IMG/VR virus record: IMGVR_UViG_3300022602_000025
Length of the DNA: 64,000 nucleotides
Strand: one strand, 5' to 3'
Source: a virus
Taxonomy: Duplodnaviria > Caudoviricetes
Shown here: piece after piece, positions 49,232 to 58,298 of the stretch
Numbering within the stretch: position 1 is the first letter of the stretch
Layout of the letters: every line of letters begins with the position of its first letter
The notes under the pieces: generated by a model
Seen by the model: the letters and a program-made list of their open reading frames with translations, nothing else
The model's database searches: none
Told to the model about the DNA's origin: nothing
Position numbers and translations under genes: made by a program

Positions 49232-49996
49232 TTGACAACATTTACAACAGAAGATCTACAGAACGTGATCAACGGCGCTGACAATATGAGCGATAAAGGC
49301 TACAAAGAATCGAATCTAGCAGATGTCATTCGTGCTAGAATGAAACGTGAAGGTAAGCGTTTTTGGGCAGGCGACAACATTAGCGATTATGTTTCAGAAG
49401 AAGACAAAACAATCCTAATCAAAGAAGCAACTGAAGCATTTGAAAAAGTATTAGATACTTTGCTTATTGATAGAAACACTGATCCTAATAGCCAAGGTAC
49501 CGCTAAACGTTTGGCTAAAATGTATTTTAACGAGATAATGGCAGGCAGATATGACCCAGCACCAGATGCAACAAGTTTCCCAAATGAAGTCGAAGATGGC
49601 TACAAAGGTATGCTCGTGGTTCGTAGTGAGTTGCGTAGCATGTGTAGTCATCATCATCAGCCCGTTGCTGGTGTTGCTTACATTGGTATCATTGCCGCTG
49701 ATAGGCTTATTGGCTTATCAAAATACACTAGAATCGCCCAGTGGTGTGCTAGAAGAGGAACTCTCCAGGAGGAACTTTGTAATGATATTGCTAGGGAGAT
49801 TTCCGCAGCAACAGGATCAAAAAACGTAGCCGTTTATATTCAAGCTGTTCATGGTTGCTGTGAGAACAGAGGTATTATGGCTAAGAGTTCATTAACTCAA
49901 ACTACCGTATTAACAGGTGCATTTAAAGATGACCCAGATACTAAGAAAGAGTTTTTTGACAACATCAAACTACAACAGGAGTTTGCTACAAAATGA
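49232..49996 (+). CDS. folE: GTP cyclohydrolase I
   Basis: SMCSHHHQP, GLSKYTRI, LQEEL and HGCCENRG; TTG start. Confidence 0.95.
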   Translation: MTTFTTEDLQNVINGADNMSDKGYKESNLADVIRARMKREGKRFWAGDNISDYVSEEDKTILIKEATEAFEKVLDTLLIDRNTDPNSQGTAKRLAKMYFNEIMAGRYDPAPDATSFPNEVEDGYKGMLVVRSELRSMCSHHHQPVAGVAYIGIIAADRLIGLSKYTRIAQWCARRGTLQEELCNDIAREISAATGSKNVAVYIQAVHGCCENRGIMAKSSLTQTTVLTGAFKDDPDTKKEFFDNIKLQQEFATK

Positions 49997-50220
49997 CAGG
50001 TGACGTAATTCTTTTATTTGTTGTGCTAGGACTCGGCATGCTGATTGGACACAATTGGCACTGGGAAAGTGAACGCAAATACAAAGCACGACTATTAAAA
50101 GAATTAGACAGCGAACTCAAAGATGAATTGCTCGTAGAAAAAAATCTAAACGAAAGTCTCAAACAAGATTTAGCAGATATAAAATCTCAACTACGTAAAT
50201 TACAGATAGGAAAAAAATAA
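49993..50220 (+). CDS. TM + coiled-coil small protein
   Basis: N-terminal TM and heptads. Confidence 0.55.
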   Translation: MTGDVILLFVVLGLGMLIGHNWHWESERKYKARLLKELDSELKDELLVEKNLNESLKQDLADIKSQLRKLQIGKK

Positions 50221-50582
50221 TGTCAAACGGTTATGCAGTGGCAGTAGATGAAAGCGCATACATGCCATCAAGAAAATCTAAAAAGAAATCAAACTTTGTA
50301 AAACGTTGGCTTTACAAATGGGTATCAGAGGAAGTTGATAATCAACGATTAGAGGAAAAAATGTCAGCAGGAAGTATATCAATTGGTCCGTCAAATCGCA
50401 TAGACAGCGATAAAGGAATCCGTTTCCAAGTATATAAAGCCACTGGCGGATTTGTTGTAGAAACATCACTTTATGATCGTCAACGTGATCGTCATCATAA
50501 TAGCTTACATATTATTACCGATGACCAAGACCTTGGTGCACAAATTGGCAAAATTATCACGATGGAAACATTAAAGGCATAA
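50220..50582 (+). CDS. hypothetical protein
   Basis: Coupled ORF. Confidence 0.6.
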   Translation: MSNGYAVAVDESAYMPSRKSKKKSNFVKRWLYKWVSEEVDNQRLEEKMSAGSISIGPSNRIDSDKGIRFQVYKATGGFVVETSLYDRQRDRHHNSLHIITDDQDLGAQIGKIITMETLKA

Positions 50583-50815
50583 TGGCTATTTTTGATCCAA
50601 GAGATACACATGTTATCCAGAACGGCGGTTCAGCGGTTACTTACATAACTTCAATAGATCAACAGAATGTTTGGCTTAATGAATTTAAAGTAGATCCAAT
50701 CCGTTTAGGACGCATGTGTGACAAATTTCCAGCTTTACAAAAGTCTTGGGAACAGTTTAAAATAACTTATGAACTTTGCAGGAGCCAAGATGACATTGAC
50801 AGACAAATTCCTTAA
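50582..50815 (+). CDS. hypothetical protein
   Basis: Coupled ORF. Confidence 0.55.
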   Translation: MAIFDPRDTHVIQNGGSAVTYITSIDQQNVWLNEFKVDPIRLGRMCDKFPALQKSWEQFKITYELCRSQDDIDRQIP

Positions 50816-51272
50816 TTGGTTAGATAGTATAGGACGCAAGCGTATCATTCTAGATCGACTATGCAACGAGCCTTATCTAGAACGCTACTATCTATTTTTA
50901 AAAGACCGTGAAAATTTTCCCTTTAACGTATTCCTACACAAATTCCTAAAAGGCGACCCAGACGATGTTCATGATCATCCTTGGGGCTATTGCACTTTTA
51001 TTTTGAAGGGCGGTTATTACGAATGGGTTCCTGTCTTTAACACGATAGGTGAAAAAATTAATGAAATACGATATTGGCGTGGTCCAGGTCACTTCCGTAT
51101 TTGTAAGCCTAATAGCTATCACCGTATTGAATTAAAGCCAGGTGTTACAGCATGGACTTTGTTTATGCCTTTGAAGAAAGTGCGTGAATGGGGATTTTTA
51201 GTCAGCAACAAATGGATTCATAACGAAAAATATTTAAAGGATCGCCGTGAACAAGCAAGTAATAGCATATAG
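50790..51272 (+). CDS. cupin-fold metal-binding protein
   Basis: DVHDHPW...GGYYE...YHRIE; GGAG RBS before ATG 50790. Confidence 0.65.
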   Translation: MTLTDKFLNWLDSIGRKRIILDRLCNEPYLERYYLFLKDRENFPFNVFLHKFLKGDPDDVHDHPWGYCTFILKGGYYEWVPVFNTIGEKINEIRYWRGPGHFRICKPNSYHRIELKPGVTAWTLFMPLKKVREWGFLVSNKWIHNEKYLKDRREQASNSI

Positions 51273-51744
51273 TGATTATGAAAATTTAATTAGCAATATT
51301 TGTAGAGAAATACATCATAGCGGATGGACTCCAGACTATGTTGTAGGACTTACTCGCGGTGGGTTAATTCCTGCCGTTTTCCTTAGCCATTGGCTAGATG
51401 TTAAAATGAACAGTTTAGACATCAGTTTGCGAGATGGCGGTGATTGCGTTAGTAATCTAGGTATGGCTAGTGATGCGTTTGATGGAGTTAATATCTTAGT
51501 AGTCGATGACATCAACGACACAGGTGCTACATTTAATTGGTTGATGAACGATTGGCAAAATAGTGCTCATCCGTCTAGTGAAGTATGGGAAAAGGTTTGG
51601 AACGGAAATGTTAAATTTGCAGTCGTTGTGGATAACTTATCAAGTAAGTCTAAGGTTAGTATGGACTTTGTTGGTATGGAAATTAACAAAGCAGACGAAG
51701 ATGTCTGGATTGAATTCCCTTACGAGAATTGGTGGAAGAAATGA
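51247..51744 (+). CDS. type I phosphoribosyltransferase (Gpt/Hpt-like)
   Basis: VVGLTRGG, LVVDDINDTGATF and WIEFPYE. Confidence 0.9.
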   Translation: MNKQVIAYSDYENLISNICREIHHSGWTPDYVVGLTRGGLIPAVFLSHWLDVKMNSLDISLRDGGDCVSNLGMASDAFDGVNILVVDDINDTGATFNWLMNDWQNSAHPSSEVWEKVWNGNVKFAVVVDNLSSKSKVSMDFVGMEINKADEDVWIEFPYENWWKK

Positions 51745-52103
51745 CAAGATTAGAAGGTTTTGTTCCTAAGGGGTGGGGCTCAGAATTTATCTGGGCTAGC
51801 ACTGATCAATACTGTGGCAAGTTAATGAACTTTAACAAAGGTGCAAAGTTTAGTATGCACTTCCATAAAGACAAAGATGAAACTTGGTATGTACAATCTG
51901 GCAGATTTATTGTCCGCTGGATCGATACCAAGACTGCCGAAACACATGATTGGGAAATAGGTGTTGGCACAGTGTGGCACATTCCGCCATGTATGCCACA
52001 TCAACTTATCTGTGTTGAAGCAGGAACAGTTATCGAAGTTAGTACCCCTGATAGTGTAGAAGACAATTATCGTGTAATTCCAGGCGATAGCCAGAAAGGG
52101 TAG
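51741..52103 (+). CDS. cupin (sugar-isomerase-like)
   Basis: KGWGSE, SMHFH.DKDETW, PHQL and EVSTPD. Confidence 0.75.
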   Translation: MTRLEGFVPKGWGSEFIWASTDQYCGKLMNFNKGAKFSMHFHKDKDETWYVQSGRFIVRWIDTKTAETHDWEIGVGTVWHIPPCMPHQLICVEAGTVIEVSTPDSVEDNYRVIPGDSQKG

Positions 52104-52104
52104 T

Positions 52105-52326
52105 ATGTATAAAACAATTTACACAGAAGTCGAAGTTGATGTTGACTTAGCAGATTTTGACACAGACGATCTAATTGAAGAATTAGAGTCACGTGGCTCG
52201 GGTGTTATGGACTATGGTGATGGCAAAGAAGTGCTAGAATCCATTTACCAAAAACGTAGACTGGGCAAAGATTACCAAGCTGAACTGGAAACCCTAATCT
52301 ATCTAGGACTTGGTCGCATCATATGA
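52105..52326 (+). CDS. hypothetical acidic protein
   Basis: Clean ORF. Confidence 0.6.
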   Translation: MYKTIYTEVEVDVDLADFDTDDLIEELESRGSGVMDYGDGKEVLESIYQKRRLGKDYQAELETLIYLGLGRII

Positions 52327-52724
52327 AGAAGATAATTGTCAACGGCACATTTGATATCCTACATCAAGGACATATCAGAATGCTAAACACAGCACGTAGC
52401 CTAGGAGACTATCTACTTGTGTGTATTGACACAGACCGTAGGGTTAAAGAACTTAAAGGCGAAAATCGTCCTATCGTAAATCAATACGATCGCAAATATC
52501 ATTTAGAACAGTTACGATCAGTAGATCAAGTTTTGATGTTTGATAGCCAAGAAGAACTTATAGAAATTATTCAAATCTTTAAACCAGACATTATGGTCAA
52601 AGGTAGCGACTACAAAGGTCGTAGTGTAATTGGTGAAACTTATGTACCAGAAGTAATTTATTATGAACGACTCGGTGAATACTCAACAACGAAAACACTT
52701 CAAACTATTATTGATCGGAGATGA
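52323..52724 (+). CDS. HldE/RfaE domain II-like nucleotidyltransferase
   Basis: NGTFDILHQGH, LKGENRPI, VKGSDY and YSTT. Confidence 0.88.
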   Translation: MKKIIVNGTFDILHQGHIRMLNTARSLGDYLLVCIDTDRRVKELKGENRPIVNQYDRKYHLEQLRSVDQVLMFDSQEELIEIIQIFKPDIMVKGSDYKGRSVIGETYVPEVIYYERLGEYSTTKTLQTIIDRR

Positions 52725-53445
52725 TTGTGTAGATGTTTATCGTTTTGGAACGGTAGACCGCATATCACCCGAAGCACCTGTACCTGTGTTTAAATTTTCA
52801 CATGATGAAGAAAAACCAGGAATGGCTGCTAATGTACAACTCAATTTAGAAGCGTTAGGCTGTGCTGTCGTTCCTATGCTAGGAAAAGAAAGCGTTAAGA
52901 CTCGTTATATTGACTTGCGATCAAAACAACATATTATGAGATCTGATGTTGACTCTACTTCTACTCCGTTACCATTTGATCATATTCCTTATGATTTAAA
53001 CAACGGTAATGTAGATGCTATTGTTATTAGCGATTATAACAAAGGATATGTTAGTTACGATCTAATAAAAAATCTTCGTAAGGCCTATCATGGTCCTATA
53101 TTTGTCGACACTAAAAAGCATGACCTAGCACAATTAGAAGGGTGCATTATTAAAATTAATATGCACGAATACAGCCAGCTTACTAGCCACCCTAGCGATT
53201 ACACTGACATGATTGTTACCTATGGCGATAAAGGAGTTGTATGGGGTGATTTTGCGTTTAATGCAAAAACTGTCGAAGTAGCTGATGTATGCGGAGCAGG
53301 CGATACATTTTTATCTGCATTGGTCTACGGCTACCTAACTACTAACAGTATGCAAGATGCTATTAATTTTGCGATTAATGCTAGTGCTGTCACAGTACAG
53401 CATTTAGGAAACTATGCACCAACGTTAGAGGAAATAAATGGATAA
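52663..53445 (+). CDS. HldE/RfaE domain I-like PfkB sugar kinase
   Basis: RISPEAPVPV, GMAANV, ISDYNKG and DVCGAGDTF. Confidence 0.88.
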   Translation: MNDSVNTQQRKHFKLLLIGDDCVDVYRFGTVDRISPEAPVPVFKFSHDEEKPGMAANVQLNLEALGCAVVPMLGKESVKTRYIDLRSKQHIMRSDVDSTSTPLPFDHIPYDLNNGNVDAIVISDYNKGYVSYDLIKNLRKAYHGPIFVDTKKHDLAQLEGCIIKINMHEYSQLTSHPSDYTDMIVTYGDKGVVWGDFAFNAKTVEVADVCGAGDTFLSALVYGYLTTNSMQDAINFAINASAVTVQHLGNYAPTLEEING

Positions 53446-53839
53446 TCATATTTTTAAAGGTATCCCAGATGATATCGATGATAGCGAAGCACCGTGGACT
53501 GAATTAGTAAACGAAGACTATCATGTAAAAGTTTTTGCGGACAAGTATCCTTGTACGCCAGGGCATTTATTGTATGTGCCTAAATATAACACCTTAGGAG
53601 TTTTAAGTGATGCGTTTGAAGATGCAGTTAGATATGGTAAAGGAATGGTGGAAGCCGGAGAATGGGACGGTTTCAATGTGGGACTTAACTATGGCAAAGC
53701 TGCAGGTCAAACTGTCAACTGGCCTCATATACATCTTATCCCACGCAGAACGGGCGATGTCGAAGATCCGGTTGGCGGTGTTAGGAACACAATGCCAGGC
53801 AAAGGCAACTATCGCTCGCCGAACTTTCGAGCAGATTAA
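53438..53839 (+). CDS. HIT family nucleotide hydrolase
   Basis: GQTVNWPHIHLIPR. Confidence 0.9.
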   Translation: MDNHIFKGIPDDIDDSEAPWTELVNEDYHVKVFADKYPCTPGHLLYVPKYNTLGVLSDAFEDAVRYGKGMVEAGEWDGFNVGLNYGKAAGQTVNWPHIHLIPRRTGDVEDPVGGVRNTMPGKGNYRSPNFRAD

Positions 53840-54257
53840 ACCAACGTTTTCTTTGCCTTTGCTAACAGTCGGTCAACCTGGGCAGGTATTGACAGCAGGA
53901 ACAGGACTGTACTCTACTGTACCACAATGGGCGTTTCCAAACAACTCTATCACATTTCACAATAAAGATAGTAAACCTACATTAATCATTACTAACGATG
54001 GTGATGTGGAATGGCACGGTAAACCTAGCGAAGCCGCTGATGCATTAGTGCGTACTTTCCAATTCAAAGTGGAAGATATGAAAGGTGTTACCAAAGCTGC
54101 TAGACGTAGATATTATTTGCGGGCCTGCCAAAATATTCTAAATAAAGCTGAAACTATGGAACATAATGAATTTCTTGACTTTCTACGCAAACATGTGTAT
54201 AATAAAGAAAGACGTGTCATTATGAGTGCATTAAAAGGAGAAGATGATGTTTCATGA
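53757..54257 (+). CDS. hypothetical protein (start uncertain)
   Basis: Open frame 53607-54257; no ATG near the HIT stop. Confidence 0.45.
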   Translation: MSKIRLAVLGTQCQAKATIARRTFEQIKPTFSLPLLTVGQPGQVLTAGTGLYSTVPQWAFPNNSITFHNKDSKPTLIITNDGDVEWHGKPSEAADALVRTFQFKVEDMKGVTKAARRRYYLRACQNILNKAETMEHNEFLDFLRKHVYNKERRVIMSALKGEDDVS

Positions 54258-54483
54258 ATCGATTAAAGTAAATGAATTTTTAGTTAAAGATAATCCTGGT
54301 TTCCGTATGCGTGTACAGGCTTGGGAAGTAGCCAGTCCAAAAGGATTATACAGTTTAGATTTTATCCAAGAATCTAAAGACTCAGATGGCGAAATTATAG
54401 GTACTCAAACTTATAATTTCTTCATGACAGCAGATGAAATTTCTAAATTATGTGAGGGTTTACAAAATGCAAGTAAGAGCTAA
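54244..54483 (+). CDS. hypothetical protein
   Basis: GGAG RBS. Confidence 0.6.
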   Translation: MMFHESIKVNEFLVKDNPGFRMRVQAWEVASPKGLYSLDFIQESKDSDGEIIGTQTYNFFMTADEISKLCEGLQNASKS

Positions 54484-54637
54484 TCCAAACGGTAAAATTG
54501 GTACCTGTGGGTGTGGTCGTAGTCCGACTGGTAATTGTTGCGGATGGCATGGCCTAAGTGAAGAACAGTATCAAGAAGCCCATGCCAAATGGTTGCAAGA
54601 AAACAGCGTTGAAAGCGAAGGCGGAGAAATTGAGTAA
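54467..54637 (+). CDS. CDGSH-like small Fe-S/Zn protein
   Basis: CGCGRSPTGNCCGWH resembles CxCxxSxxxPxCDGSH. Confidence 0.65.
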   Translation: MQVRANPNGKIGTCGCGRSPTGNCCGWHGLSEEQYQEAHAKWLQENSVESEGGEIE

Positions 54638-55490
54638 GATTAAAATCGCAGAGTTGTTTTACAGCATACAAGGTGAAGGCCGCTATATGGGCGTGCCAAG
54701 TGTCTTTTTACGTACATTTGGTTGTAACTTTAAATGTGCGGGTTTTGGCATGCCACGTGGTGAGCTGAGTACAGAAGCAGATGAAATTGCGGAAGTAAAA
54801 CAGCATTTTACAAAATACGAAGAACTACCGTTAGTATCAACTGGTTGTGATAGTTATGCATCATGGCATCCTGATTTTAAAGATCTAAGTCCCATGCTAA
54901 CAAGTGATGCAATCGCAGATCGCATTATGGAAATCCTTCCGCATAATGAATGGCTAGATGAACATTTAGTCATCACAGGTGGTGAACCCCTGTTAGGTTG
55001 GCAACGTGCTTATCCAGATTTACTTGACAATCCTAAAATGTCTGGATTGAAAGAAATTACTTTTGAAACAAATGGTACTCAGAAACTTACACAAGAGTTT
55101 AAAGAATATTTAAAAACCTGGAATCAACGACAATTTCCACATGGTGATTGTGGGGAGATTACATTTAGTGTAAGTGCTAAACTTCCTTGCAGTGGCGAAA
55201 AGTGGGAAGATGCTATCAAGCCAGAAGTCGTATGCGAATATGAAGAAGTTGGTACAGCATACTTGAAATTTGTCATTGCTACAGAACAAGACTTTGCTGA
55301 TGCAGAATGTGCTATTGGTGCATATCGCGCCGCTGGATTTAAAGGACATGTTTACTTAATGCCAGTTGGTGGCGTTGAAAGTGTATATGCTTTGAATAAT
55401 AAATCAGTGGCACTAATGGCTATGAAACATGGTTTACGCTATAGCGATCGTTTACAAGTTCCGCTATTTAAAAACGAGTGGGGTACTTAA
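54630..55490 (+). CDS. queE: 7-carboxy-7-deazaguanine synthase, radical SAM
   Basis: ELFYSIQGEG...VFLRTFGCNFKC, ITGGEP, FETNG and RYSDRLQ; TTG start at 54630 after GGAG. Confidence 0.9.
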   Translation: MSKIKIAELFYSIQGEGRYMGVPSVFLRTFGCNFKCAGFGMPRGELSTEADEIAEVKQHFTKYEELPLVSTGCDSYASWHPDFKDLSPMLTSDAIADRIMEILPHNEWLDEHLVITGGEPLLGWQRAYPDLLDNPKMSGLKEITFETNGTQKLTQEFKEYLKTWNQRQFPHGDCGEITFSVSAKLPCSGEKWEDAIKPEVVCEYEEVGTAYLKFVIATEQDFADAECAIGAYRAAGFKGHVYLMPVGGVESVYALNNKSVALMAMKHGLRYSDRLQVPLFKNEWGT

Positions 55491-55663
55491 TGGCCGAACT
55501 ACATAAAAGAACTGTAATCCGTGCGTTAACATATCGTATCATTGCTTTGCTTATTACAGCTCTGTGGACTGGGTTAAGCGATGCTGTTATTATTCATATC
55601 ATTTTAACAGCCGTGCATTATATACACGAACGCATTTGGCTAAAGATCAAGTGGGGTAACTAA
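55490..55663 (+). CDS. small membrane protein (DUF2061-like)
   Basis: RTVIRALTYR...HYIHERIW..IKWG. Confidence 0.6.
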   Translation: MAELHKRTVIRALTYRIIALLITALWTGLSDAVIIHIILTAVHYIHERIWLKIKWGN

Positions 55664-55908
55664 TGGAATCAATTGCCGCACCTAAAACTATAGAAGTGTT
55701 TGTACTAGTAAAACAAACAGGGCTAGCGTTCTGTACGATTGGAACAAATAGTGCGGCACTTGGTTCTGGATTCTTTTATACTCTTAAAGAAGCAGAACAT
55801 CAACGTACTATGGAAGTGCTTAGAGAAGAAAGCACACCTAGTTCGTCAAAATCATTATATCATATTTTTGAATTAACCGTACCTAATCCAGGATATAAGG
55901 AAGTATGA
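55663..55908 (+). CDS. hypothetical protein
   Basis: Coupled ORF. Confidence 0.55.
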   Translation: MESIAAPKTIEVFVLVKQTGLAFCTIGTNSAALGSGFFYTLKEAEHQRTMEVLREESTPSSSKSLYHIFELTVPNPGYKEV

Positions 55909-56192
55909 TGGGTCACGGATACTACGGAAAGAAAGCTATGGCAAATAGTCGTTGGGACGATAGTGAAGTACAAGCAAGTCCACCTTCTGAAGATTACGGA
56001 CTAGGTAGGGCACAATATTGGAAAGTTAAACTATGCTGGACTCCAAGAAAATGCTATATATCAGGTAAACCGTTATGGGGTAAACGTGCATATCATGGTG
56101 AGCGTTGGATCACTGGTCCAGGCGAGCCTATAGTAGAACATTATTGGATTGATAAGTACGAATTCATTAAGTGGCAATTAACAAGGACATAA
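55905..56192 (+). CDS. hypothetical protein
   Basis: Coupled ORF. Confidence 0.55.
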   Translation: MMGHGYYGKKAMANSRWDDSEVQASPPSEDYGLGRAQYWKVKLCWTPRKCYISGKPLWGKRAYHGERWITGPGEPIVEHYWIDKYEFIKWQLTRT

Positions 56193-56193
56193 T

Positions 56194-56571
56194 ATGTTTG
56201 ATAAAATTAAAAAGTTTTTTGATGAAAGAAAAGTCAAAAAGGAAGCGAAGAAATACTTAGTTAAAAATGAGCCCGCAGATGCAAAAACAGCGGCTACTCT
56301 TAAAAAAGAACCCTGGGTATCTGTATTAGATACTCACGTCAATCCAGAGAATCCACGTAATGGATTTTTTGAACTTGACTGGAACGAGTACTTTGTGTTA
56401 ATGTTAACTAAGAACGGTTACAGAGGTACTACTGAAGAAGAAATTGTAGACCAATGGTTCCAAGACCTGTGCCGTGAAATTGGTGCAGAAGATGATATTA
56501 ATATGGAACGTAGAGGTAGCGGATTTGTTACTCGTGCGTTACGTGAAGATGGAAAGGTTGAGATAAGTTAA
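56194..56571 (+). CDS. hypothetical protein
   Basis: Clean ORF directly before the RNase H gene. Confidence 0.65.
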   Translation: MFDKIKKFFDERKVKKEAKKYLVKNEPADAKTAATLKKEPWVSVLDTHVNPENPRNGFFELDWNEYFVLMLTKNGYRGTTEEEIVDQWFQDLCREIGAEDDINMERRGSGFVTRALREDGKVEIS

Positions 56572-57557
56572 TGACATATATTTTGGTAGACACGGCAAAT
56601 ACATTTTTCCGTGCAAGACATGTAGTACGTGGAGACATTTCTGAAAAAGTAGGAATGAGCTTGCACGTCATTTTAAACTCTGTGCGTAAAGCGTGGAAAG
56701 ACTTTGATGGGAAACATGTCATATTCTGCCTAGAAGGTCGTAGCTGGCGTAAGGACCACTATGCGCCGTACAAGCGTAATAGACAAGAAACACGTGATGC
56801 GATGAGTCCAAAAGATGCAGAAGAAGATAAAGTATTCTGGGAAACTTTTGATGACTTCAAAACATTTGTTACTGAAAAAACTAACTGTACTGTATTACAG
56901 CATCCTCAGTTAGAAGCAGATGATTTGATCGCAGGTTGGATTGCCGCACATCCAAATGACAATCATGTTATTATTTCAACAGACGGCGACTTCGCACAAC
57001 TTATTGCTCCCAACGTAAAACAGTATAACGGTGTTACGCAGGTTACAATAACACACGAAGGATACTTTGACGAAAAAGGTAAACCTGTTAAAGATAAGAA
57101 AACTGGAGAAGTAAAACCTGCTCCAGATCCAGAATGGTTGCTGTTTGAAAAATGTATGCGTGGCGACACTAGCGATAACGTGTTTAGTGCATATCCAGGT
57201 GTGCGTACTAAAGGCACTAAAAACAAAGTTGGTCTTTTAGAAGCATTTGGTGATCGTAACTCAAAAGGTTATAGTTGGAACAATCTCATGCTGCAGCGTT
57301 GGACTGATCACGAAGGTGTAGAACATCGTGTGCTAGATGATTACAACCGTAATGTCACTTTGTGTGACCTAACAGCACAGCCTGATAATATTAAACAACT
57401 TATCAGCCAAACAATTAATGAAGCTGTCGAAGCAGATAAAAATATTCCGCAAGTTGGAATTAGACTTATGAAGTTTTGCGGAGCATACGATTTAGCAAAA
57501 GTGGGCGAGCAGATTACAAGTTATGTAGATCCGTTTAACATGAGGTATAATCAATGA
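56571..57557 (+). CDS. rnh: RNase H / 5'-3' exonuclease (T4 rnh-like)
   Basis: LVDTAN, YKRNR, EADD, ISTDGDF and GDTSDNV. Confidence 0.92.
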   Translation: MTYILVDTANTFFRARHVVRGDISEKVGMSLHVILNSVRKAWKDFDGKHVIFCLEGRSWRKDHYAPYKRNRQETRDAMSPKDAEEDKVFWETFDDFKTFVTEKTNCTVLQHPQLEADDLIAGWIAAHPNDNHVIISTDGDFAQLIAPNVKQYNGVTQVTITHEGYFDEKGKPVKDKKTGEVKPAPDPEWLLFEKCMRGDTSDNVFSAYPGVRTKGTKNKVGLLEAFGDRNSKGYSWNNLMLQRWTDHEGVEHRVLDDYNRNVTLCDLTAQPDNIKQLISQTINEAVEADKNIPQVGIRLMKFCGAYDLAKVGEQITSYVDPFNMRYNQ

Positions 57558-58030
57558 TCACAGTCGCAAAAGTTTTAGTACCAAATAAGTTTTGGATTTT
57601 AGAAGCAGATGGTGAGAAAGTCGCTACCTTAACTAAAGAGAAGAAAGGATATTCTGTTCTTTGCAAAGGGCAGAAAATGGAATTTCACGACCTTGCTGAA
57701 ATTAAAGAACGATTTGGAATTACACTAGATGCTGCCATAATCAAAAAAGAAAAGACAGCAGAAAAGCCGGATGAAATTTATGGATATCCAGTTAATGGTC
57801 GTGCGTTTGGTCCACTGTGGAATGTCCAAAAGAAACTGCCTATCTATGCTAAAAGCAATAAAAGTAAAAGTCTGTATTGTGCAGGCTACTATGTGATCCG
57901 TTTCCGCAAAGGTTGGGTTAAAAGTTTCTGTCCAAAACTAATTACTTTAGAACGTTATCCGTTTAAGGGTCCTTTTAAAACTGAATTAGAAATGCGTACA
58001 ATTTTAAATACAGTATCCAAGGACACATAA
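57554..58030 (+). CDS. hypothetical protein
   Basis: Coupled ORF. Confidence 0.65.
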   Translation: MITVAKVLVPNKFWILEADGEKVATLTKEKKGYSVLCKGQKMEFHDLAEIKERFGITLDAAIIKKEKTAEKPDEIYGYPVNGRAFGPLWNVQKKLPIYAKSNKSKSLYCAGYYVIRFRKGWVKSFCPKLITLERYPFKGPFKTELEMRTILNTVSKDT

Positions 58031-58254
58031 TGAAAGCACTCAACACAATACCTATTGAAAACTTCTTAGAACGTGCTAGAATCGCACGAAAAAGCGGTCA
58101 AAAGACTGTGAATTTGCCTATAGATGATGCTGATATGTTAGCTGATAGTCTAGCCACTGTTATGACACGTTTAGCAGGTGAATTAGACGCTATTGCTATG
58201 AATTCACAGCAATCTGCAGCTATTACAGTACAAATGGACGGTGGAAGTTTGTAA
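58030..58254 (+). CDS. hypothetical protein
   Basis: Coupled ORF. Confidence 0.6.
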   Translation: MKALNTIPIENFLERARIARKSGQKTVNLPIDDADMLADSLATVMTRLAGELDAIAMNSQQSAAITVQMDGGSL

Positions 58255-58263
58255 TATATCAAC

Positions 58264-58298
58264 TAAATATGCGTATATATTTGTAGGATATACGCATA
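58264..58298 (+). promoter_or_regulatory. late promoter overlapping an 11-bp RBS hairpin
   Basis: TAAATA at 58264-58269; tatgcgtatat/atatacgcata stem ends at the ATG. Confidence 0.65.

Noticed and set aside
53607-53860. Programmed frameshift fusing HIT to the downstream ORF
   Set aside because: The overlap is real but there is no convincing slippery heptamer or stimulatory structure; an internal ATG or TTG start explains it.
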